This document shows positions 8,484-15,290 of a stretch of 64,000 nucleotides of DNA, in pieces (the first letter of the stretch is position 1; every line of letters begins with the position of its first letter). The translations under genes and the position numbers were made by a program. Source of the DNA: a virus; IMG/VR virus record IMGVR_UViG_3300028625_000001, positions 32,001-96,000 of that record; one strand, given 5' to 3'. The notes under the pieces were generated by a model, which did not search any database, was not told the DNA's origin, and saw only the letters and a list, made by a program, of their open reading frames with translations.

Positions 8484-8609
8484 ATGATAAAGCGATTGAC
8501 TAATTGGTTCAAACGTCAGTGGAAGAAAGATATTGCGATAAACAGACAGCATACAGAAAGCATATATAACGCGTCGGACATTTTCGGAATCCCAGGAATA
8601 AGAGGTTAG
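8484..8609 (+). CDS. possible 41-aa basic peptide
   Basis: ATG 8484 lies 4 nt after AGGGGGGAG. Short, no homology inferable. Confidence 0.25.
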   Translation: MIKRLTNWFKRQWKKDIAINRQHTESIYNASDIFGIPGIRG

Positions 8610-8613
8610 GAGT

Positions 8614-8657
8614 AGGAGCGTAACTCAGTTGGTTAGAGTGCTGATCTGATACGTCAG
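8614..8657 (+). pseudogene. 5' portion of a tRNA-Ile (GAT)-like gene, lacking variable loop, T-arm and 3' acceptor
   Basis: AGGAGCG-TA-ACTC-AGTTGGTTA-GAGT-G-CTGAT-CTGATAC-GTCAG gives acceptor 5' strand, D-arm and a complete anticodon arm. No matching T-arm or CGCTCCT 3' acceptor was found on either side of the IscB element. Confidence 0.5.
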
Positions 8658-8897
8658 TCAACGACCCACGGCTAAAGCCGGGAGCTTGTAGCTCTTGTTG
8701 ACCAGCTTGAGTGTTTTGAGCACTACGTTACGGGTGAATACATAGGCACTCCGGGGTGACGCCACCAGCCCCGGACACTGCGGTGAATGATTAAACAGGT
8801 TGAGGGTCTAAACCAGTGTTGTTCACATTAAACCACTTGATAACATTGGCGAGGTGGACTTTACCGGCGTATGCCGAGAATTGAGAGGTAACTATCT
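8658..8897 (+). ncRNA. candidate IscB omega RNA (HEARO-like) scaffold
   Basis: A 240-nt non-coding, GC-rich region directly upstream of iscB with several hairpins (CGGC-TAAA-GCCG, GAGCT-TGT-AGCTC, CCGGGG-N12-CCCCGG). This position matches known IscB omega RNAs. No covariance model was run. Confidence 0.5.
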
Positions 8898-10151
8898 ATG
8901 CAACGTGTATTTGTAGTTGACAAAAACAGAGAGCCACTGATGCCGTGTCATCCAGCGCGGGCAAGGGAATTACTAAAAAATAGACGGGCAAAAGTGTTAC
9001 GCCGCTACCCGTTCACCATCATCCTGCTGGACCGTGAGGGTGGTGATGTACAACCAGTTGCATTGAAGATTGACCCGGGTAGCAAAACTACAGGGTTGGC
9101 GCTGGTCGCTGATGGCCAGCGTGGGAAACGCGTGGTATGGGCAGGCGAACTTAACCACCGTGGAGAACAGATAAAAGCAAGTATGCTGTCAAGAAAACAG
9201 TTGCGGCGTGCACGCAGATCACGTAAGACTCGCTACCGTCAGCCGCGTTTCGACAATCGCCGCCGGGCCGAGGGGTGGATACCGCCGTCGCTGCGAAGTC
9301 GCGTGGACAACGTGTTGACATGGACAGAACGATTGCGTAGGTTCACACCTATCTGCGCCGTGAGTATGGAGTTGGTGAAATTTGACACACAGGCTATGCA
9401 AAACCCGGAAATCAGTGGTATTGAGTATAAACAAGGCGAATTGATGGGATATGAAGTGCGTGAGTATTTGCTTGAAAAGTTTGGTCGAAGGTGTGCTTAT
9501 TGCGGAGCGACTGGCGCGCCACTAGAAATCGAACATATTATTCCAAAGTCTCGTGGTGGGTCAAATAGGGTAAGCAACCTAACACTGTCTTGTACCGTAT
9601 GTAATCAGCATAAAGGCAATCAGACGGCAACAGAGTTCGGACATCCAACAATTCAGGACAAAGCGAAGCAACCATTGAAAGATGCGGCGGTTATGAATAC
9701 AACACGTTGGACACTTTATCGCAGCTTAAAACAATTAGGCTTACCAATGGAAGTCGGTACTGGTGCACGGACTAAATACAATCGAGTACGACAGAATTAT
9801 CAGAAAGAACACTGGATTGACGCAGCCTGCGTGGGTGTAAGCGGAGAAAAAGTGTATATATCTTCTGGCACAATACCACTGGTTATTAAGGCTACCGGTC
9901 GCCAGTCACGTATCATGTGTCGCCCGGATAAGTACGGTTTCCCGCGCACGAAAGCTAAACAAGGCCGTGTTCACTACGGTTTCCAGACGGGCGACATCGT
10001 GCTGGCAACAATTCCTGAAGGTAAACATACCGGGGTACATATTGGACGTGTGGCAGTTCGTAACAGACCATCGTTTCGACTGAACGATTTTGATGTACAT
10101 CCAAAATACTTAAAAGTTTTGCATCATTCAGACGGCTACAGTTATCAGTGA
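8898..10151 (+). CDS. iscB: IscB, an RNA-guided RuvC/HNH nuclease (OMEGA system)
   Basis: PLMP domain (DKNREPLMPCHPARARELLKNRRAKV), RuvC-I (LKIDPGSKTTGLALV), Arg-rich bridge helix (RRARRSRKTRYRQPRFDNRRR), RuvC-II (VSMELVKFD), HNH with two CxxC pairs (CAYCG..LEIEHIIPKSRGGSNRVSNLTLSCTVCNQHKGN) and RuvC-III (EHWIDAACVG). At 417 aa it fits compact IscBs. Confidence 0.88.
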   Translation: MQRVFVVDKNREPLMPCHPARARELLKNRRAKVLRRYPFTIILLDREGGDVQPVALKIDPGSKTTGLALVADGQRGKRVVWAGELNHRGEQIKASMLSRKQLRRARRSRKTRYRQPRFDNRRRAEGWIPPSLRSRVDNVLTWTERLRRFTPICAVSMELVKFDTQAMQNPEISGIEYKQGELMGYEVREYLLEKFGRRCAYCGATGAPLEIEHIIPKSRGGSNRVSNLTLSCTVCNQHKGNQTATEFGHPTIQDKAKQPLKDAAVMNTTRWTLYRSLKQLGLPMEVGTGARTKYNRVRQNYQKEHWIDAACVGVSGEKVYISSGTIPLVIKATGRQSRIMCRPDKYGFPRTKAKQGRVHYGFQTGDIVLATIPEGKHTGVHIGRVAVRNRPSFRLNDFDVHPKYLKVLHHSDGYSYQ

Positions 10152-10209
10152 AAGGAGGGAGCGCCATTCCTCACCGCGCTAAAGCACGGTGTCCCCTGGC
10201 GCAATTTCT

Positions 10210-10476
10210 ATGGGAATAAAAGCAAAGACGTTGTGGGTGCACGTTAGGTCTTCAGGTTCATATCAGGCATTGTACATTAACGGAATTAAAGAAATCGAAG
10301 GCGAACAAATAGACATTGTTGAAGCTTTTGACCTCTTGGCCGAAAGAACGAATAACGAAGCCTATATCCTCGATTATACATACGAAGACATAGACGAGGA
10401 AGAAGATCCTTTTGATAATGCAGTAGATCGTGACTTCGATTTCCCGGAATCGCTTGACAAAAAGGACGTTATATAG
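10210..10476 (+). CDS. hypothetical acidic protein
   Basis: ORF with internal ATG 10210 (MGIKAKTLWV...) and a highly acidic C-terminus. The start is uncertain (ORF track gives 10189). Confidence 0.45.
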   Translation: MGIKAKTLWVHVRSSGSYQALYINGIKEIEGEQIDIVEAFDLLAERTNNEAYILDYTYEDIDEEEDPFDNAVDRDFDFPESLDKKDVI

Positions 10477-10560
10477 CAGATAGGGTAGTTTATTCTGCAA
10501 GATGGTCAAAATAAAGAACAAAACTAGAGTTTTGCAGAATAATGCAGAAAAGAAAAACGC

Positions 10561-10689
10561 GGGCGCATGGCAAAATTGGCAGATGCTATCGTGACCGAAA
10601 GGTTAGGAGTCTCGTGAGTGAACACGTGAAAAAGCTCGCTAGAATGGGGATCTTGACCATTCGTACAGGTTCGAATCCTGTCGCGCCCA
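10561..10689 (+). tRNA. class-II (Leu-like) tRNA-like gene with an internal insertion of about 45 nt
   Basis: Acceptor GGGCGCA/CGCGCCC (A7-C66 mismatch), D-arm GCA-AAATTGGCAGA-TGC, variable arm GAATGG...CCATTC and T-arm ACAGG-TTCGAAT-CCTGT. Helix TATCG...CGCTA brackets hairpins GACC-GAAA-GGTT and CGTG-AGTGAA-CACG. Confidence 0.5.
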
Positions 10690-11004
10690 TTAGACCCCGG
10701 CAGGGTCATATTAAACCAGAGAGCAGTTAAGTCTTTCTGTACCAATAGCCGGGTGCAGTCTCTGTTGTAATCCGTTGGCCCGTTTCAGGTACAGAGACGA
10801 AGCAGAAGCGGGCATAAAATTAACCTCCATATCGGACCTTCCGATGGACGCATCGAGAACGGCTAACCGGTATGGCAGAATTGATCCCCACGTCCGCCCT
10901 GCATGTCGACGGGCAGTGATAGGTCAACGGGCGTGGTAGTTAATCCGCGGGACAGTACGCCGAGCCGCTGAAAGGGAAAGTCCTTATGTGACCGGAGTAC
11001 GAGC

Positions 11005-11075
11005 AGAGGGGTAGCTTAATAGGTAAAGCTGATCTCATCCATGGATGTATGCAGGTTCGAATCCTGCTCCCTTTG
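11005..11075 (+). tRNA. tRNA, probably Gly (TCC), with an atypical anticodon loop
   Basis: Acceptor AGAGGGG/TCCCTTT (two G-U pairs), D-arm GCTT-AATAGGTA-AAGC and T-arm GCAGG-TTCGAAT-CCTGC. The loop at canonical numbering is CATCCAT, with A at position 33. Confidence 0.55.
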
Positions 11076-11089
11076 CTAGAAGGAGTTGG

Positions 11090-11620
11090 TTGGTTGTGTT
11101 TTTTAGAAAAACGTTGAAGGAAATAATTTCCAAGATTACCAAGGGGAATTTAGTAATATGCAACAAGGTCAAGTATGTAGAAGAGGCCGTCAACGACGAA
11201 CGCCAATTGATATATGGTCTTAGCGGCGAGATAAAAGCGCTTCGAGATGCGATAGTAGAGAACCCTTTTGCTAATCCTCAAAAGGGGAATTTATCTATCC
11301 AACAAGAAGTGTATATAGAACACAGCGACGGGGCTAGGGAAAAGACGGACGAACTCCGCCGCTTAGTCCTTGGAGCAACTTATAAACATTTCAAAGGAGA
11401 CAACTATAGAGTCCTTGGACTTGCAAAACACCACGAAAGCGGCGAAATACTGGTAATTTACCAGATGGTATATAACTACCTAAACACTTATTTGTCGATA
11501 GCTACCGTCGGCGAAATCTATGCCCGGCCAATAGATGACTTTCTTTGTCTGGTAGAGCGCGACGGGGAAGTTAAACAAAGATTCCAGCTTATAAGCGAGC
11601 TGAGAAAGGAGGAGACATGA
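11090..11620 (+). CDS. DUF1653-like domain protein
   Basis: YKHFKGDNYRVLGLAKHHESGEILVIYQ matches the DUF1653 signature. The start is TTG 11090 or GTG 11096 after AGGAG. The ORF-track start at 11045 lies inside the tRNA. Confidence 0.55.
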   Translation: MVVFFRKTLKEIISKITKGNLVICNKVKYVEEAVNDERQLIYGLSGEIKALRDAIVENPFANPQKGNLSIQQEVYIEHSDGAREKTDELRRLVLGATYKHFKGDNYRVLGLAKHHESGEILVIYQMVYNYLNTYLSIATVGEIYARPIDDFLCLVERDGEVKQRFQLISELRKEET

Positions 11621-11889
11621 ACGGCGCTAAGGAATATGCAGAGAAATATTTTATAGCAATCAGTGGATATGAAACAGATGTTCGTTACGCCTTAAACATT
11701 GCTTTCTTTAGGAGACTGGCGGTAAGAATGGGCGCCGCCGATGATCCCGATGCGGACGCGCTTCTTAAAAAAGGCGATGAGTTCTATAAAGAAAACAGAG
11801 ATGAAATATTAAAGGCATTACGGGCGAATCCATCTTGGACATCAGAAGAAGAAGCATATATAGAAAAAGAAATAACGGGAGGGAATTGA
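11617..11889 (+). CDS. hypothetical protein
   Basis: 90-aa ORF with RBS GGAGGAG and an ATGA overlap with the upstream gene. Confidence 0.55.
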   Translation: MNGAKEYAEKYFIAISGYETDVRYALNIAFFRRLAVRMGAADDPDADALLKKGDEFYKENRDEILKALRANPSWTSEEEAYIEKEITGGN

Positions 11890-11891
11890 GA

Positions 11892-12245
11892 TTGACTAAA
11901 CGTTTTTGCGATCATTGCGGTGAAGCGATCCCTGACAAAGATAGTTTTTATACCGTTGAACTTAACGGCAAGCAGTATGATTTTTGTTCTATAGCCTGTC
12001 ATGAGGCGTTCGTCGCCGCACATAAAGATGAGATCGAAAAGCATCAGCTTGAAAGAAGAAACAAAGAGCTTGACAAAAGACATAAGGAACTTGAGGCAAG
12101 GATTCATAAGTTAGAAGAGCGAATCTCTTCTCTTGAAATGATGGAAATGTGGAAGGAATTTTTCCCTGTGCAATTCCCTGACTTGCAAGTTGCCTCGGAT
12201 ACTAATGAGAGCGCCAGACTCCCCTTTGTTACTTATACCCTTTAG
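11892..12245 (+). CDS. zinc-ribbon (TRASH/MYM-like CxxC..CxxxC) plus coiled-coil protein
   Basis: FCDHCGEAIP...FCSIACHEAF followed by a heptad-rich KHQLERRNKELDKRHKELEARIHKLEERISSLE. TTG 11892 lies 8 nt after GGGAGGG (start uncertain; 11886 is also possible). Confidence 0.5.
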   Translation: MTKRFCDHCGEAIPDKDSFYTVELNGKQYDFCSIACHEAFVAAHKDEIEKHQLERRNKELDKRHKELEARIHKLEERISSLEMMEMWKEFFPVQFPDLQVASDTNESARLPFVTYTL

Positions 12246-12255
12246 CAAAATACAG

Positions 12256-12329
12256 GGCGAGGTAGAGTAGCGGCCACTCGAAGGTCTCATAAGCCTTATA
12301 GGAGGGTTCAACTCCCTCCCTCGCTCCCA
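12256..12329 (+). tRNA. tRNA-Met family (anticodon CAT), CCA encoded
   Basis: Acceptor GGCGAGG/CCTCGCT, D-arm GAGT/ACTC, anticodon arm AAGGT-CTCATAA-GCCTT and T-arm GAGGG-TTCAACT-CCCTC, then C and CCA. Confidence 0.8.
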
Positions 12330-12382
12330 GGATAGGCATCTTACATACCCGAAAGTAACTTACTCAAGAGTATCTTGTTTGC

Positions 12383-12468
12383 GGCGGGGTAGTCTAATTG
12401 GCAAGGCAGCGGTCTTGAAAACCGTCGGGCGAAAGCCTTTGAGAGTTCGACTCTCTCTCCCGCCGCCA
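12383..12468 (+). tRNA. tRNA-Ser (anticodon TGA), CCA encoded
   Basis: Acceptor GGCGGGG/TCCCGCC, anticodon arm GCGGT-CTTGAAA-ACCGT, long variable arm with GGC-GAAA-GCC and T-arm GAGAG-TTCGACT-CTCTC, then G and CCA. Confidence 0.8.
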
Positions 12469-12490
12469 GAAAAGATTAGGAGATGAATAG

Positions 12491-12952
12491 GTGAACCCCT
12501 TTTTTAAGTATCTGAAATACCTGCTAAAACATCGTTGGTACGTATTTGTCGAATGTTGTAAGTTAGGAATTCCTTGGCGAGGTTTAACACATGACATAAG
12601 CAAGTTCCTGCCTGATGAATGGATTCCTTATATGCGACATTTCTACATGTCATACATAACCAGACCGGAATGGAAGACGCAATATAACATTGCATGGCTT
12701 AAACATCAAAACCGAAACAGACACCATTGGCAATATTGGCTACTCTGGAAAGATAGCGGCAAGGTCTTACCTCAAGAAATGCCAATGAGATACCGAAAAG
12801 AGATGTTGGCAGATTGGCGTGGCGCCGGACGCGCCATTACCGGGCGAGACGACACAAGAGAGTTCTACCTAAAGAATAAAGACAATATAACTCTCGCACC
12901 AGAAACTAAACGATGGGTAGAGGCAAAATTAGGGATAGATCGATCGAATTAA
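12491..12952 (+). CDS. hypothetical protein (Trp/His-rich)
   Basis: 153-aa ORF with a GTG start 8 nt after AGGAG. Confidence 0.55.
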   Translation: MNPFFKYLKYLLKHRWYVFVECCKLGIPWRGLTHDISKFLPDEWIPYMRHFYMSYITRPEWKTQYNIAWLKHQNRNRHHWQYWLLWKDSGKVLPQEMPMRYRKEMLADWRGAGRAITGRDDTREFYLKNKDNITLAPETKRWVEAKLGIDRSN

Positions 12953-12962
12953 AGGAGGGATA

Positions 12963-13262
12963 ATGCCGTGGCTTAACTTCTATTTTTGGAGGGAACCCAT
13001 GAGCAGAAGCTATACAAAAGCAGTCAGGATTCATCGAGGAAAACCTAAAACGGCCAGAAAGAACAACGCAAGAGTTTGTAGACGGAAAGTAAAACAGTTT
13101 ATCAAAGGCAGGAAGTTGGATAAGGCTGCAAGCTACGCTGGGAAAGACCACTATTCAACATTCTACGAGGTTTGGGAATTAAAGGCTGTCTGGTTTGTAG
13201 AAGAACTCTATAACTGGATATATAAAGGGAAAGAAAGTCTAAAAAAGCTTAGAAGTAAATAG
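12963..13262 (+). CDS. hypothetical basic protein
   Basis: 99-aa Lys/Arg-rich ORF with RBS AAAGGAGGG. Confidence 0.5.
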   Translation: MPWLNFYFWREPMSRSYTKAVRIHRGKPKTARKNNARVCRRKVKQFIKGRKLDKAASYAGKDHYSTFYEVWELKAVWFVEELYNWIYKGKESLKKLRSK

Positions 13263-13354
13263 TTAGGTTCGTCGAAGAGGGGTAAGTTTCAATGAGAGCA
13301 ATCATGTTCTCAATGCGACTTACCCTCATTTTTTATCAACAGGAGGCTTTTAAA

Positions 13355-13813
13355 ATGGAAGTCTTTTATAGCAACAAGTTATTGACAATCGCCTTATCCA
13401 TAGTCTTTCTTCTATTGTGTGGAAACTTTTCATTATCAACCTACATGCTCAACGCTCCGCCTCTAGTTATTAGAGGGGATCTCTCTGGCGCGAAAGTCGC
13501 CTATGGCTCCGCTCCGGCAGCGTTTCAGTCTCTCTTTACTATTCATCTTAATGAGAAAGTCGGAAATTATACAACCATCAGGCATGAGTATCAACACTAT
13601 ATACAAAGTGCCCTATTAACTCCATTTGGTGCGGCGATAGGCTATCAATGGCAGCGATGCATATTGGGCAAAAGCTACAATGAGAACTGGTTTGAACTAG
13701 ACGCAGACCGGGCAAGAGAAGACGGCCTGATGTTTGATGTTTTTGTCTGGAACACTAAAGAACTTGTCACCATAATACCAGGACAATACTACTTCGATCT
13801 AGGGGTGGAATAA
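13355..13813 (+). CDS. membrane protein with HExxH motif (putative metalloprotease-like)
   Basis: ATG 13355 follows CAGGAGG. It has an N-terminal TM segment and a RHEYQHYIQSALLTPFG motif. Confidence 0.5.
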   Translation: MEVFYSNKLLTIALSIVFLLLCGNFSLSTYMLNAPPLVIRGDLSGAKVAYGSAPAAFQSLFTIHLNEKVGNYTTIRHEYQHYIQSALLTPFGAAIGYQWQRCILGKSYNENWFELDADRAREDGLMFDVFVWNTKELVTIIPGQYYFDLGVE

Positions 13814-14235
13814 TGGAAAATCTATACACAAACCCGTGGGTAACTATCCCCCTCACGATACTATACGCTTGCCTTGCGTTGAATTTTGCCGGGGCAATTT
13901 TTGCGTTGAACGCCGACCCGATATTGATCCCAATAGAAACCAAAAACCCTTCATTCACAGGAATAACGATAGCGCCTTTCATAATACTTAAAAACGAATG
14001 TTTGACATACACAGATTTAAGACGCGAATACCAGCATTATATGCAGCAATCGTTGTTGACGCCTTTAGGCTTCTTAGGATTCTATATTGGAGAATACTTA
14101 CTTGAGGGTAGTTTTGACAATGTATCTTTTGAACAAGAAGCCGTCAAGAAGGAAAACGATTCTCTTGAGTTTGAGGTGTTCAACATAAAGACTTTTAAGA
14201 AGATGAAAGTATATTCAGACATGGGGGGGGATTGA
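13813..14235 (+). CDS. paralog of the 13355-13813 protein, lacking the first His of HExxH
   Basis: N-terminal TM segment plus RREYQHYMQQSLLTPLG, the same motif block as the upstream gene. Confidence 0.5.
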   Translation: MENLYTNPWVTIPLTILYACLALNFAGAIFALNADPILIPIETKNPSFTGITIAPFIILKNECLTYTDLRREYQHYMQQSLLTPLGFLGFYIGEYLLEGSFDNVSFEQEAVKKENDSLEFEVFNIKTFKKMKVYSDMGGD

Positions 14236-14979
14236 ATGAGCGAAAGAGACGACCAGGTAGCGACCCTGGGGATTGAAATAAAAGAAAACGAGGCTGTCAA
14301 AGCTTTACATCCCGAAGATGACGAAGGAATAACCGCCGTCGAGGCGGCGGAGGCTTTTGACACAATCGAGCATGGCTATAAACTCTGGGAGTATGCACCC
14401 GGCGTTAAGTTCAGACTCTATTTCCCCTCCGCGGAAGTTGCGGGAGAAGCCAACTTCGTCTATTCAAAGATGTATCTTACATACATAAAGGGCGGCGCAC
14501 TCCCCTTACAAAAGCTTATGGCTTTAATGGACGCTCAGGGGTTATGGACTAAAGAAGACGAAAAGAAGTTTATGGAAGCAGAAAAAGAGCTTCGAGAACA
14601 ATCCTTGCGCTATTTGAATCTCAGAAAAAAGGTTGTAGAAAACCCTGAAGAAAGACTCGCGGGGGAAGTTATCAATGCCGATGCCGCATATAAAGAAGCA
14701 TATGAGGAATATATAAAACTTAAGGAAACGAAAGAAAACATCGTCAGCCTTTCAGCGGATTCCCTGGCGGACACTCAAAGAAGAGCTTATTACGTATATA
14801 GACTGACTAGACTAGAGGACGGAAGTCCTAAATGGGCTTCTTTCGATGACTTACTAAAAGAGACAGAGATGGTCATAGACAAGATATGGCAACAAATACT
14901 AGCCTTCTATGTCAAGTATGGTGATCGTTTTTTAGGAAGCTTGCCCGTTCAAGACACTGGAAAGACAGACAAAAAGTAG
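14236..14979 (+). CDS. hypothetical protein (a tail-assembly-chaperone role is suggested only by its position upstream of the tape measure)
   Basis: 247-aa acidic, helical ORF immediately upstream of the tape-measure region. Confidence 0.45.
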   Translation: MSERDDQVATLGIEIKENEAVKALHPEDDEGITAVEAAEAFDTIEHGYKLWEYAPGVKFRLYFPSAEVAGEANFVYSKMYLTYIKGGALPLQKLMALMDAQGLWTKEDEKKFMEAEKELREQSLRYLNLRKKVVENPEERLAGEVINADAAYKEAYEEYIKLKETKENIVSLSADSLADTQRRAYYVYRLTRLEDGSPKWASFDDLLKETEMVIDKIWQQILAFYVKYGDRFLGSLPVQDTGKTDKK

Positions 14980-15006
14980 GGGAGGAGTTAAATCTCCCCG
15001 TTTTTC
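14979..15006 (+). terminator. putative intrinsic terminator or attenuator
   Basis: GGGGAG-N9-CTCCCC followed by GTTTTT. Confidence 0.4.
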
Positions 15007-15038
15007 GACTTCCGTCATATGCTTCACAAATAAACCCT

Positions 15039-15278
15039 TTGCTTTCCAAATTCATTAGCTATGTTGTTTTTTACAACAACATCTTGTCCGAACCCGTCAA
15101 CAGACCGCCGGACTCAATTATCAAGATCGATGAAAAAGTGGACGAATGGGTCAAGAAGCGCTACGACGATCTTGAGTCTCAGAGAATGGATTATTACCTC
15201 AAGTACATGAGGAATATCAGACCCATAGCTGGTCCTGATGATGACGGGTTCGTCTTTATAGGCGACGGGAACGATTAG
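15039..15278 (+). CDS. hypothetical protein
   Basis: 79-aa ORF with a TTG start, directly upstream of the tape-measure gene. Confidence 0.4.
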   Translation: MLSKFISYVVFYNNILSEPVNRPPDSIIKIDEKVDEWVKKRYDDLESQRMDYYLKYMRNIRPIAGPDDDGFVFIGDGND

Positions 15279-15290
15279 GGGGGGATAAAC

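Larger units (their letters stand above)
8658..10202 (+). mobile_element. non-autonomous IS200/IS605-family IscB element (no TnpA); boundaries approximate
   Basis: A GC-richer block sits in an AT-richer phage background. Similar subterminal hairpins with GC-TAAA-GC loops occur near both ends (8669-8680 and 10174-10189). A GCGCCA/TGGCGC closing stem lies at 10161-10202. Confidence 0.5.

Noticed and set aside
8898-10151. An HNH homing endonuclease of a group I intron interrupting the tRNA-Ile gene
   Set aside because: The protein has a PLMP domain and a split RuvC domain flanking the HNH, which is IscB architecture. The anticodon loop of the tRNA fragment is intact rather than interrupted, and no 3' exon could be found.
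10524-10745. Two ORFs (10524-10745 minus strand, 10542-10730 plus strand)
   Set aside because: Both lie over the tRNA-like gene at 10561-10689 and have no RBS.
10735-11004. RNase P RNA, suggested by the GGGAAAGTCC motif
   Set aside because: The motif sits at the 3' end of the block rather than near the 5' end. The other conserved regions (the P4 partner and an ACAGAA-type CR-IV/V) were not seen. The block is left as an unassigned structured region.
14236-15290. A programmed -1 frameshift between two tail-assembly-chaperone ORFs upstream of the tape measure
   Set aside because: The two ORFs are separated by 59 nt containing a terminator-like hairpin. They do not overlap, and no slippery heptamer was seen at the end of the first ORF.
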